Below, piece after piece: positions 18,201 through 26,625 of a stretch of 64,000 nt of DNA. Origin of the DNA: Candidatus Acidiferrales bacterium (GTDB lineage Bacteria; Acidobacteriota; Terriglobia; Bryobacterales; Bryobacteraceae). The stretch spans positions 4,175 through 68,174 of the forward strand of contig DATJYW010000041.1 in assembly GCA_035499435.1 (NCBI GenBank). The letters are read 5' to 3'. Position 1 is the stretch's first letter; each line of letters begins with the position of its first letter. A program made the translations under genes and the position numbers. The notes beneath the pieces are model-generated. The model did no database searches, was not told the origin of the DNA, and was given only the letters and a program-made list of their open reading frames with translations.

Positions 18201-18619
18201 CCGCCCTCGGCGGCCACAGTGAACATCTCGGCATATCGTGAATACGCATCGCGAGCCGAGCTGAAGATGATCTTCTTGCCATCCGGCGTCCATCCCAGGA
18301 CGCGATCGGGCGCGGGGTGCCACGTCAGTCTCTTCGGCATCCCGCCCGAAGCAGGAACGACGAACACGTCCACGTTGCCGTCATACTCGCCGGTAAAGGC
18401 GATGCGCGTGCCATCGGGTGAAAATACGGGATCGGTCTCCGTACCGTTGCCGCTGGTAAGGCGCACGGCATCGCCGCCCTCGCGTGGCACGCTCCATAGG
18501 TCGCCCGCATAGGCGAAAACAATATGGCTCTTGCTCAGCGTCGGTTTTTGGAGCAGCAGCGGTTCGTCGGCGCAGATGGCCAGGGCCGCCGCGGTGAAGA
18601 AGGCAAACACGAGTCGCAT
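15266..18619 (-). CDS. Tricorn protease homolog (TolB-like propellers + PDZ + S41 peptidase), paralog 1
   Basis: 1117 aa with a signal peptide. N-terminus ...IVFAYAGDLWSVPREGG, then repeated SPDG propeller blades, a PDZ-like GEYLLAVNGREV, and an S41-type C-terminus INERAGSGGDAMPWYFKRAGVGKLIGTRTWGG. Confidence 0.85.
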   Translation of the reverse strand: MRLVFAFFTAAALAICADEPLLLQKPTLSKSHIVFAYAGDLWSVPREGGDAVRLTSGNGTETDPVFSPDGTRIAFTGEYDGNVDVFVVPASGGMPKRLTWHPAPDRVLGWTPDGKKIIFSSARDAYSRYAEMFTVAAEGGAEEKLPFPTGYEASMSPDGQSIAYEPIGRAFTMWKKYRGGTTTRIWLARLSDSSVSKVPRENSNDFNPMWAGDRVYFLSDRNGPATLFWYDTKTKAVKEAIPARGLDLKSASLGPDAIVYEQFGGVSIYDLKSGKTKAVAIRVQADFPELRTKLVDVGRRLGSPAISPNGARAVFAARGEIITVPAEKGDPRNVTNTPGVMERDPQWSPDGKSIAYLSDESGEYALHIHPQSGAGEAAKIALTPGFYSRLHFSPDSKRVALVDSFQKLWYVDLETKKQTEVAQDTYQMRNGDIAGAWSPDSKWLAYSKVLPNEFSAIHLYSLAAGKSTQITDGMSDALNPVFDREGKYLYFTASTNSGETLGLDIHAAGKTSTSSVYLAVLDKTQPSPFAPESDEEKAGEDKKGADEKKPADDTKAADDKKAPDEKKPADASRPKAAAADVKIDLDGIDQRILSMPLPPRRYVALQAGKPGTLLAIEAPGTVLDALSGPPTGLTIHRYDLKSRKSDVPLAGVSSFQMSSGGEKALYRQGENWIIAALRPMAGGPGGPTPAAPTPPAGGAAQGALKTNGIEIRVDPVAEWKQMYREAWRVERDWFYDRNMHGLDLKAAEKQYEPYLRNVAARSDLTYLFQEMLGNITVSHMGTGGGDLPEVKRVQTGLLGADYEVANGRYRFSRVYSGENWNPQLRAPLTQPGVNVKAGEYLLAVNGREVRPPENVYSFFEGLAEKSVVLRVGPDASGTGSREVTVIPVANEGRLRNLAWIEENRRKVDKMSGGRVAYVYMPDTANGGLDAFTRYFYAQLGKDAAIIDERFNAGGLLATDIAEILNRKPLSAASNRVGEPLIQPQGIFGPKVMIINERAGSGGDAMPWYFKRAGVGKLIGTRTWGGLVGMAGGPQLMDGGFVGAPSSGIYNPLTGEWEVENIGVAPDIEVEQDPALVRQGHDPQLEKAVQTVLEELKKNPPPKLRRPAFPNYHKTAGQ
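16880..17040 (-). repeat. Low-complexity Lys/Asp/Glu/Ala/Pro-rich coding insert inside tricorn paralog 1
   Basis: Encodes ESDEEKAGEDKKGADEKKPADDTKAADDKKAPDEKKPADASRPKAAAAD. The DNA shows near-duplicate units (ggcttcttctcatc occurs twice, about 55 nt apart). Paralog 2 has only a short linker at the equivalent position. Confidence 0.6.
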
Positions 18620-18699
18620 GGAGTTCTCTTTCTCACCGAGAGTTCATCACACGCCGCCCGCTTGTGCAACTCCTGAGGCCGCGCCGGCGATTGCACTAC

Positions 18700-19698
18700 T
18701 CAGTCCGGCACGAACATCAGAAACTCGGGACTGTCCGGCAGCTTCGTGATCCAGGGCTTGAGGTTCTGCAGGTTCGCATCGCCCATCAGGATCTGCGGGG
18801 TGCCTGTGCGAATAGCCACGTACGAGTTCGGCGGGTCCTCGCTATCGAACGCGATGCCCGAGATGGTGCCCGCGGTCACCGTCGCGACCAGCTTGAACTT
18901 CAACTTCGGCTTCTTCGATTTGGATTTCGGAAGCGGGCTCGACCAGATCTCCTTTCCCGCGCAAACCATCAACGTCTTGTCCCGGACCAGCAGGTGTGTC
19001 GGCGATACGAGCGGTCCGCCGCCGCTCTTCCCGCAATACTTTCCGCTCTTGCGATGGTAGATTCGCACGCAGTTGCCGGGCTCGTCCACCACGAAAAGAA
19101 AACCATGGGCAACCGCCACATCGCGCACCGAGTTCTGCACCTTGAGCGTCGTGCCGCTTCCGCTGAAGTCTGCTGTCAGCCCGCCCTGCCCGCTCTTCAA
19201 ATTGGGTGTAACCGGAACATTGGGCAGCGTGCCGTTCTTGGATGCCACAAACGTCGAGTCCAGAAAGGTGCCCGTCAGTTTGAGCCCCATCAGATAGCTG
19301 GATATGGCGCCTCCTTTGGCCGTCTCGCCGCCCTTGTCCACATCGAGGATCGCCACCACGTTGGTGTCCTGGTTCGAAACGAAACAGTGGCCGGACTTGT
19401 GGAACGCCATGGCGAACGGATGATCGATCGAGGCGAGGCTGTCCGATATTAGCGTCGCCTGGAGCTTATAACTCGTGCCCGAGCCTTTAAAGGTCAGGAC
19501 ATTGCTGGTCCTCTTGCTTCCGTTGGCGACATAGAGCAGCGGGCCGGCCAGCGCCATGCCGCGCAGTTCGGATAATGGGACTTTGCCGGCATGCAGCACC
19601 TTGGTGCTCAGCGGCTTCGTGGATGCCCCCTTGCCTGAGGCATACGCGCGAATGTTATTTTTTCCGCTCCCGCCGCCGTGAAAAGTTACAAAGATCAT
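18700..19698 (-). CDS. Hypothetical protein with NHL-like beta-propeller repeats and no signal peptide
   Basis: Start set at ATG 19698 (MIFVTFHGGGSGKNN), because the longer track ORF runs into the divergent tannase gene. NHL-like strands: HPFAMAFHKSGHCFVSNQDTNVVAILD, VRDVAVAHGFLFVVDEPGNCVRIYH, ISGIAFDSEDPPNSYVAIR. There is also a Lys-rich patch PLPKSKSKKPKLKFK. Confidence 0.45.
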   Translation of the reverse strand: MIFVTFHGGGSGKNNIRAYASGKGASTKPLSTKVLHAGKVPLSELRGMALAGPLLYVANGSKRTSNVLTFKGSGTSYKLQATLISDSLASIDHPFAMAFHKSGHCFVSNQDTNVVAILDVDKGGETAKGGAISSYLMGLKLTGTFLDSTFVASKNGTLPNVPVTPNLKSGQGGLTADFSGSGTTLKVQNSVRDVAVAHGFLFVVDEPGNCVRIYHRKSGKYCGKSGGGPLVSPTHLLVRDKTLMVCAGKEIWSSPLPKSKSKKPKLKFKLVATVTAGTISGIAFDSEDPPNSYVAIRTGTPQILMGDANLQNLKPWITKLPDSPEFLMFVPD

Positions 19699-19816
19699 AA
19701 CTCCGGCATCATATGGAAACGGGTGCGGAAAAGTCAAAGGTCTCGATTGTCGCCCAAACTTCGTACATAATAGGGATCGATCCGATGCCGTTTGGCATCG
19801 CTCACTGGAGCCAAGC

Positions 19817-21373
19817 ATGAAACTCCTGCCTCTCGTCCTCTTCACCGCTTCTGCTTCCGCGGCCGCGACGCCGTGCGCCGGCATTTCCGAGCTCGCCCTC
19901 CCCGGTGCCACCGTCACGACCGCACAGACCGTTCCCGCCGGACCCTTCACTCCGCCCGAGGGTCCGCCGATCCCCAGCGTTCCCGCCTTCTGCCGCGTGG
20001 CGCTGGTCGTCAAGCCTTCCTCCGATTCCAACGTCCAGATGGAGGTCTGGCTTCCCGCCTCGAATTGGAACGGCAAGTTTCAAGGCATCGGCAACGGTGG
20101 ATTCGCCGGCAACATAGGGTACGGCGCCATGGCGGTCGCCATCGCCCACGGCTACGCCACCGCCTCCACCGACACCGGCCACCACCCGGGAGGCACCGAC
20201 GCCTCGTGGGCATTGGACCACCACGAGAAGATCGTGGACTTCGGCTACCGCGCCATCCACGAGACCGCCGTGAAGGCCAAGGCAATCATCAATGCCTTCT
20301 ACGGCGAAGCTCCCAAACGGTCCTATTTCAGCTCCTGCTCCAACGGCGGGCGCCAGGCCCTGATGGAAGCCCAGCGTTATCCAACTGACTACGACGGCAT
20401 CATCGCCGGCGCGCCCGCCAACTACTGGACCCACCTCCTCACTCAAGCCGTAGTCAACATTCAAGCCACCCTCGGCGACTCCGCCGGCTACATCCCCGCC
20501 GCCAAGCTGCCGGCCATCCAAAACGCCGCGCTCGCCGCCTGCGATGCCAACGACGGCGTCAAGGACGGCGTCATCGAAGACCCCACGCAGTGCCGCTTCG
20601 ATCCCGCCGTGCTGCTCTGCAAGGGCCCCGAGTCGGATTCCTGCCTCACCGAACCCCAGCTCTCCACTCTCAAGAAGCTCTACGCCGGGCCGCGCAATTC
20701 CAAGGGAGAGCAAATCATGCCCGGCTATTCCCCCGGCGGTGAGGCGGAGCCCGGCGGATGGGCGGCATGGATCACCGGTCCCTCGCCCGGCAAAAGCCTG
20801 CTCTATGCTTTCGGCACGCAGTTCTTCAGCAATATGGTCTTCGACCAGGCATCCTGGGATTGGAAGACCTTCCAAGTCGATCGCGACATGAAGGTCGCCG
20901 ACGACAAAATGGCCGGCATCCTGAATGCCGCTGACCCCGACCTCAAGAGCTTCCAGGCGCGCGGCGGCAAGCTCATCCTTTACCACGGCTGGAGCGATGC
21001 CGCCATTCCCGCCCAGAGCACCATCAATTACTACCGCAGCGTCGAAAAGAAAATGGGCGCCAAACAGGCCGCCCAATTCGTCCGTCTGTACATGGTGCCC
21101 GGGATGGAGCACTGCGGCGGCGGCGCCAGCGCCAACTCCTTCGGCCAGGCCGGCGTCCCCCAGGGCGACCCGCAACACGATATCGACGCGGCTCTGGAGC
21201 GCTGGGTCGAACAAAACGCGGCGCCGGCGGAGATCATCGCCTCCAAATTCAAAACCGGCGCCAACCCGGCCAGCGGCATTGCCCGCACCCACCCGCTCTG
21301 TCCCTATCCGCAGAAGGCTTACTACAAAGGCACCGGCAGCCAGGACGACGCGGCGAATTTCGTCTGCAAGTAG
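19817..21373 (+). CDS. Tannase/feruloyl esterase family alpha/beta hydrolase
   Basis: Signal peptide. VWLPASNWNGKFQGIGNGGFAG, nucleophile motif SCSNGGRQALMEAQRYPTDYDGIIAGAP, and a C-terminal MEHCGGG are typical of the tannase family. Confidence 0.8.
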   Translation: MKLLPLVLFTASASAAATPCAGISELALPGATVTTAQTVPAGPFTPPEGPPIPSVPAFCRVALVVKPSSDSNVQMEVWLPASNWNGKFQGIGNGGFAGNIGYGAMAVAIAHGYATASTDTGHHPGGTDASWALDHHEKIVDFGYRAIHETAVKAKAIINAFYGEAPKRSYFSSCSNGGRQALMEAQRYPTDYDGIIAGAPANYWTHLLTQAVVNIQATLGDSAGYIPAAKLPAIQNAALAACDANDGVKDGVIEDPTQCRFDPAVLLCKGPESDSCLTEPQLSTLKKLYAGPRNSKGEQIMPGYSPGGEAEPGGWAAWITGPSPGKSLLYAFGTQFFSNMVFDQASWDWKTFQVDRDMKVADDKMAGILNAADPDLKSFQARGGKLILYHGWSDAAIPAQSTINYYRSVEKKMGAKQAAQFVRLYMVPGMEHCGGGASANSFGQAGVPQGDPQHDIDAALERWVEQNAAPAEIIASKFKTGANPASGIARTHPLCPYPQKAYYKGTGSQDDAANFVCK

Positions 21374-21398
21374 CTGCCGCCCGCCCCTGCCCTGCGCC

Positions 21399-21499
21399 GC
21401 AAACCGGGGTCTGACTGCTCTGTCCCAAGGCGCATGTACTCTCTTTCAGCAACTTATCGCTAATCGCCGCGTGGACAGAGCGGTCTGACCCCGGTTTGC
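21399..21499. repeat. Imperfect 27-bp inverted repeat flanking a 47-nt AT-richer spacer
   Basis: Arm 1 at 21399..21425 is gcaaaccggggtctgactgctctgtcc. The reverse complement of arm 2 (21473..21499) is gcaaaccggggtcagaccgctctgtcc, so 25 of 27 positions pair. It lies in the 248-nt gap between the tannase stop and the oxidoreductase start. Confidence 0.7.
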
Positions 21500-21621
21500 C
21501 CCGTCGAACCGGCCCGTTCCCCAATTCGGTTAAGCACCCACCCCTGCCCTTGAGGCCCGCCCCGCCCGGTGTTACATTCGCCGGTGAAAGCAACCGTTCG
21601 TCGGAAAGGAAGGAATCCACC

Positions 21622-22995
21622 ATGTCCGAAGAGCGCAATCGTGTCACTCGCAGGCGCTTTGGAACATCTCTGGCTCGCGCCGGTATGGCGGCCGCGGTCG
21701 GCGGATCTGCTATGGAACAGGCTCCCGCTCAGGCGCCTGCTCAACCCGCCGCGCCCGCTGGCGGGCCCGTCGCGCCCAACGATCAACTGGTCTTCGCAGG
21801 CATCGGCCTTCGCAGTCGCGGCATGTACGACCTCCAGCGCCTGCTCCCCGACTCCCGCGTGCGCTTCGTCGCCATCGCGGACGTGCGGGAGAGCGCCCGC
21901 GAAAACGTCAAGAGCTACGTAGACAAGCACTACGGAAACAACGACTGCAAGATGTACCGCGATCCCGCCGAACTGCTGGCGCGGCCGGATATCGATGCCC
22001 TCCTGATTGCCACCAGCGACCGCTGGCATGGGCCCATGGCGATGTGGGCCGCGCAGTCCGGCAAGGACATGTACATCGAAAAACCCGGCGCCATGTCGAT
22101 CAACGAAAGCTACGCCATGGCCGATAACGTCCGCCGCTACGGCGTGGTCTACCAGTCCGGCGCCCAGCGCAAAAACCAGTTCGCCTTCGAGTTCGCGGTC
22201 GGGCTGGCCCGCAGCGGCCGCTTGGGTAGGCTGCTCGCCGTGCATGCCGACACCGCCATCGGTCTGGGAACCGTCGATGAAGGCGGGCACAGTTGGTGGC
22301 CGCCCGAGACCCCGGAACCCGAGCCGCTGGTGCTCGATTGGGATAAGTGGTTGGGCCCGTGCCTCTGGCGCCCGTGGAATTCCGCCTACCCCGATCGCGG
22401 CCGCGGCGAGTTCTGGGATTTCCATGCCGGCCTGCTCGAGTGGGCTTCGCACACCGTCGCCATGGCTCAATGGGCCGCCGACATGGAGCACACCGAGCCC
22501 GTCGAGTACGTTCCCGACGGACCCACCTTCCGCGGCGACGGCCTCATCAATCGCTACACCATCTATTGCCGCTACGCCAACGGCGTGCAGCTCGTCCTTC
22601 GCAATCACAGTTGGATGTTGCTGGGCTCGTGCAGCAACCGCTTCGAAGGTACCGAAGGTTGGGTCGAAGTCGGCGATAGCGGGCGCATCGAGGTCTCGCC
22701 GAATTTGAAGTCTCTGGTACCCACCAAGATCGGCCCGAAAGGCGACCCGACCGGGGAGCACATCCGCGAGTTTCTGCAGTGCATACGCTCCCGCACTCCT
22801 CCACGCGCCAATGCCGAGGTGACGTGTCACACGCACGTCACGTCCCACGCCGCGTGGATTTGCGCTCAACTCAACCGCAAGTTGACCTGGGATCCGGCCA
22901 AACGGATGTTCCTCAAAGACGAAGAGGCCAATCGCATGCGCGGCCGCGCGTACCGCGAGCCCTGGCGCATGGAGGCGCTGGCTACCAGCATGTAG
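21622..22995 (+). CDS. Gfo/Idh/MocA family oxidoreductase with Tat signal
   Basis: ATG 21622 after GGAAAGGAAGGAA. Tat motif TRRRFGTSLARAGMAAAVG. Rossmann start LVFAGIGLRSRG and IDALLIATSDRWH are typical of the family. Confidence 0.8.
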   Translation: MSEERNRVTRRRFGTSLARAGMAAAVGGSAMEQAPAQAPAQPAAPAGGPVAPNDQLVFAGIGLRSRGMYDLQRLLPDSRVRFVAIADVRESARENVKSYVDKHYGNNDCKMYRDPAELLARPDIDALLIATSDRWHGPMAMWAAQSGKDMYIEKPGAMSINESYAMADNVRRYGVVYQSGAQRKNQFAFEFAVGLARSGRLGRLLAVHADTAIGLGTVDEGGHSWWPPETPEPEPLVLDWDKWLGPCLWRPWNSAYPDRGRGEFWDFHAGLLEWASHTVAMAQWAADMEHTEPVEYVPDGPTFRGDGLINRYTIYCRYANGVQLVLRNHSWMLLGSCSNRFEGTEGWVEVGDSGRIEVSPNLKSLVPTKIGPKGDPTGEHIREFLQCIRSRTPPRANAEVTCHTHVTSHAAWICAQLNRKLTWDPAKRMFLKDEEANRMRGRAYREPWRMEALATSM

Positions 22996-23019
22996 CCGGG
23001 AAGAAAGGAGACTACCGCA

Positions 23020-23796
23020 ATGCCGCAAACAACTGCACAGACACCGACGCCGCAAGCCGCCCCCGGACGTGGAGCCGCCCCCGCGCGCCCGGTCATCCTT
23101 CCCGAGTACGACGCGCTGCCCATCTGGAAGATGGAGCCGCCCAAGCTGGTCGCCATGGTAAAAGACCCTTCTTCCACCGTGTTTCAGAAAGCCATCGCCT
23201 GTAAGAAGCTGGCCTTCGTGGGCGGCAAGGAAGCAGTCACGCCCATGGCGGCGCTCTTGAGCCACCCCCAGCTTTCGTGCTACGCCCGCTTCGGGCTGGA
23301 GCCCAATCCCGACCCGTCCGTAGACGATGCCTTTCGCGACGCTCTGCCCAAATTGCAAGGCCGCTTGAAAATCGGAGTGATCACCTCGATCGGCGTGCGC
23401 AAGGATCCCAAAGCCCTCGATGCGCTCACGAAACTGATCGACGATAGCGACGCCGAAGTGGCCCGCGCCGCCGCCGCCTCCGTAGGCATGATCGGCGGCA
23501 TGCAGGCTTCCCGATCGCTCCAGGCCGCCCTGGGCCGGACCAATTCTCCAGTCTTTCCGGTCGCCGCCCGGGCCGCCCTGCTTTGCGCCGAAGGCCTGAT
23601 GGCGAGCAATCGGCCGCGCGCGCTGGACCTCTACGCTCAGTTGAGCGCGGAAACCATGCCGAAGCCGGTGCGGCTCGCTGCCATCCGTGTGCTGAACGCG
23701 GCCGGCCCGGCACCCGAATACGCGAAAAAATGGCCGGCCCCAACCGGCGAGGCCGCGGACCGGGACAAAAGCGGATTTCTCGGCCGCGAGCGGTAG
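23020..23796 (+). CDS. HEAT-repeat protein
   Basis: 258 aa with repeated helical units (KAIACKKLAFVGGKEAV, ITSIGVRKDPKALDALTKLIDDSDAEVARAAAASVGMIG, AARAALLCAEGL). It starts 24 nt downstream of the Gfo/Idh/MocA gene. Confidence 0.6.
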   Translation: MPQTTAQTPTPQAAPGRGAAPARPVILPEYDALPIWKMEPPKLVAMVKDPSSTVFQKAIACKKLAFVGGKEAVTPMAALLSHPQLSCYARFGLEPNPDPSVDDAFRDALPKLQGRLKIGVITSIGVRKDPKALDALTKLIDDSDAEVARAAAASVGMIGGMQASRSLQAALGRTNSPVFPVAARAALLCAEGLMASNRPRALDLYAQLSAETMPKPVRLAAIRVLNAAGPAPEYAKKWPAPTGEAADRDKSGFLGRER

Positions 23797-23933
23797 GCCC
23801 TCTTTACACGTCGAACCAACGAATCGGCGCGTATTCCCCCAGGAATTGGGACGCAGGATCAGGCCCCCTGCTGCGGGTTCCTTGTACGATAATCCCTGGG
23901 TGCGGATCGATGTCCGCAATACGAGGAGCAATC

Positions 23934-24503
23934 ATGTCGCGCCGGGAACATGCCACCGGATCGAGAGTAACCTTGCACGTGGTTTCAAGCCTGGATGGCT
24001 TCATCGCGAGGAAGGATAACAGTGTCTCCTGGCTGGATACCAATGGAAGCGTCTATGAAGCCGGAGTATCCATCTCTCACGAAGAAGCCGTGGCCTTCGT
24101 CAAAGCCATAGACTGTTATGTGCTCGGCTCCCGCACGTATGAACACGCGCTGGAATTGGGTTGGCCGTATGGTGATACTCCAACCGTGGTGGTGACGGGA
24201 AGGAAATTGCCGTCGGCAAGGAAAAGCGTCGAGTTCTACTCGGGCGATCTCGAAGCACTCCTCGAGGAGAAACTCGCGCCCCGATATCGGAATATCTGGC
24301 TCGTGGGCGGGGCCATCTTATCCCAACGATTTCTCGAGCTCGGCTTGGTGGACGAAATCACGTTGACCATCGCTCCTGTTCTCTTGGGTGCCGGGCTGCG
24401 GCTGTTCGGCGGTTCTCTGGCGGAGCAGAGGTGGAACTTGAAGAACGTCGTGGCCTACAAAAACGGCTTTGTTGAGCTATCGTACTCTGCTTTCCCCGCG
24501 TGA
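23934..24503 (+). CDS. Dihydrofolate-reductase-like RibD C-terminal domain protein
   Basis: ATG 23934 after GAGGAG. VTLHVVSSLDGFIARKDNSVSWL...YVLGSRTYEHAL...IWLVGGAILSQRFLELGLVDEITLTIAPVLLGAGLRLF is the RibD_C pattern. Confidence 0.75.
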   Translation: MSRREHATGSRVTLHVVSSLDGFIARKDNSVSWLDTNGSVYEAGVSISHEEAVAFVKAIDCYVLGSRTYEHALELGWPYGDTPTVVVTGRKLPSARKSVEFYSGDLEALLEEKLAPRYRNIWLVGGAILSQRFLELGLVDEITLTIAPVLLGAGLRLFGGSLAEQRWNLKNVVAYKNGFVELSYSAFPA

Positions 24504-24613
24504 GAGCTCAGAACTAGGCGCTATCGTCCTCCCGCTGGCCTGGTACAGCGGCATTTTCCGCGGTGTCTCCGAGGTTGCCGGTCGCCCTGCTCTCTGCCCG
24601 CCCTCCCCCCGCC

Positions 24614-26506
24614 TTACTCAATCACCGGCACCCAAACCGCGCTCGCCAACCCCGCCGAATGAAAGATGGATTGCGTCGCTTTCACATAATCCGAAGGCTT
24701 CGCCAGGAAAATATTTGCCAGGTACTTCTGTGGATTGCGATCGTACAGCGGAAACCAGCTCGACTGGATCTGCACCATAATCCGGTGACCCGGCAGAAAA
24801 ACATGATTGACCGTCGGCAGCACAAACCGGTACCGTTGCGGTTCATTTGCCGGAATCGCCGACGGCTGTTCGAAGCTCTGCCGGTAGCGCCCACGGAAGA
24901 TATCCATCGACACGGCCAGTTGATAGCCCCCCATCTCCGGCTCGCTCGGAACTTCGTCCGGAAATACGTCGATCAGTTTCACCACCCAATCGGCATCGCT
25001 GCCCGTCGTCGCCGCGAACAGGTCGGCAATCGGCGCGCCGCTCGTCCGCAGCGGCGAGGTCAGCGCCGCGGTCTGATAAACCAGGACGTCCGTCCGGTCC
25101 GCCACCGAACGCTGATCCGTGACCAGCCAGGGCCGCCAGCGGTCGCGGTCGCCGAAGCGCAGCGGACGCGGAATGTAGGGCACCGGCTTCGCGGGATCCG
25201 AAACATAGGTGTCCGCCGCGCCTCCGGCGTCATTCGGCTTCTCAAATCCCAAGCCGAAGCCTGTGTGTAGATAGAGCGCCTTCAGCGGAGCCTTGCATCC
25301 CTCCTCGCACGCCGGCGGCCAGTTCTCGAAGCGGTCCCAGTGGTTCTCCCCCGTGTTGTAAATGACCACCGGCGGCGTGTTGCTCTTGGCAGCGCCGGTT
25401 TTCAAATATTGGTCGAAGAATGGCCGCAAGACATCGCGGCGGAACTGCAATGCCGTGTCGCCCTCCCACCGCAATGGACCGAGATGCGAACCGTCCCCGT
25501 CGCATTGGCAGTGAGCCCACGGACCCATCACCAGGTAATTGTGCTCCGTCTGTCCGGCCTTCTTGAGCGCCAGGTAGGAATGGATCGCTCCCCACATGTC
25601 CTCCTGGTCCCAGAGTCCCTGAACCCACATCGTCGGTACGGCGGAACGGTGTTGCACCACCAGCCTATCGAGCGCTTGCCCCTGCCAGAATGTGTCGTAA
25701 GCCGGATGCTCGATGATCTTTTCTGCCCACGGCAGCAGGTCGAGCCCATGTGCCCGCGCAAACGCTCCCGCCGAACCGGCGCGCCGGAATGCCTCGTAAT
25801 CGTCGTACTCGCCGCGCACGATCCTTTCCCCTTCCCCGCGCTTGGTGGTCTGCCCGGAGAAGTAGTCGAAGTTCACTTGCCGGAAGGCGCCGTAATGGAA
25901 CCAGTCGTCGCCCATCCATCCGTCCACCATCGGACTCTCCGGCGCGGCCGCTTTCAATGCCGGATGCGGCTCCAGCAGGCCCATCACCACCGTGAAGCCT
26001 CCGTACGAACATCCGATCATTCCCACGCGTCCGTTTGATTCGGGCGTGTTCTTCACCAGCCAGTCGATCGTGTCGTACGTGTCCGTGACGTGATCCACCT
26101 CGGTTTTGTTCAGCGGCCCGCGGACCGGGCGTGTCATCCAGTAGTCGCCCTCGGATCCGTATTTTCCGCGGATATCCTGAACCACGCGGATGTAGCCGCC
26201 GGCCACGAATACATCGTCGCCCTGGGCCAGCTTCGAGAGCATGTGCGGGCTCTCGTTGCGCGAGCTGCGCGCCGAAGCGTTATACGGCGTGCGGCTGAGC
26301 AATATCGGCGCATCCTTGGCGCCTTTGGGCACGGTGATCACCGTGTGCAGCTTGACGCCGTCGCGCATCGGGATCATGACGTCGCGTTGCACGTAATCGT
26401 AATCCGCCGTCGGTACCTGGAAGGTCTTGGGAATATCGCCGGACTGCTGCGACGCTGCGGGGCCGGCCATCACGGCATTGAGAAGGAGGAGTTGCCATCG
26501 CACCAT
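24614..26506 (-). CDS. CocE/NonD family hydrolase (S15 X-Pro dipeptidyl-peptidase-like)
   Basis: Signal peptide. MIPMRDGVKLHTVITVPK...PILLSRTPYNA, nucleophile motif MIGCSYGGF, and a C-terminal beta-sandwich region. Confidence 0.8.
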   Translation of the reverse strand: MVRWQLLLLNAVMAGPAASQQSGDIPKTFQVPTADYDYVQRDVMIPMRDGVKLHTVITVPKGAKDAPILLSRTPYNASARSSRNESPHMLSKLAQGDDVFVAGGYIRVVQDIRGKYGSEGDYWMTRPVRGPLNKTEVDHVTDTYDTIDWLVKNTPESNGRVGMIGCSYGGFTVVMGLLEPHPALKAAAPESPMVDGWMGDDWFHYGAFRQVNFDYFSGQTTKRGEGERIVRGEYDDYEAFRRAGSAGAFARAHGLDLLPWAEKIIEHPAYDTFWQGQALDRLVVQHRSAVPTMWVQGLWDQEDMWGAIHSYLALKKAGQTEHNYLVMGPWAHCQCDGDGSHLGPLRWEGDTALQFRRDVLRPFFDQYLKTGAAKSNTPPVVIYNTGENHWDRFENWPPACEEGCKAPLKALYLHTGFGLGFEKPNDAGGAADTYVSDPAKPVPYIPRPLRFGDRDRWRPWLVTDQRSVADRTDVLVYQTAALTSPLRTSGAPIADLFAATTGSDADWVVKLIDVFPDEVPSEPEMGGYQLAVSMDIFRGRYRQSFEQPSAIPANEPQRYRFVLPTVNHVFLPGHRIMVQIQSSWFPLYDRNPQKYLANIFLAKPSDYVKATQSIFHSAGLASAVWVPVIE

Positions 26507-26625
26507 CTCCCGATTCTACTAGCCCGTGGGGCAGTGCTTCAGCCTGCGCGGGACTTCAGTCCCGCTGCCTCGGTCGGCAGGCTCACGCCCCGCCGCGAAC
26601 GGCGCTGTATACTGTTCCCTGAAAA

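Noticed and set aside
19699-20076. Upstream extension of the NHL-like protein ORF
   Set aside because: It would overlap the divergent tannase-family gene start by 260 nt, and its composition changes at ATG 19698.
21460-23931. 823-aa minus-strand ORF
   Set aside because: It lies antisense to two well-supported genes (the Gfo/Idh/MocA oxidoreductase and the HEAT-repeat protein). Its composition is dominated by G/R/A/P, typical of a high-GC shadow ORF.
23583-23933. N-terminal extension of the RibD_C-like ORF
   Set aside because: It overlaps the HEAT-repeat gene in another frame and is Arg/Gly/Pro-rich. A GAGGAG RBS precedes the internal ATG 23934.
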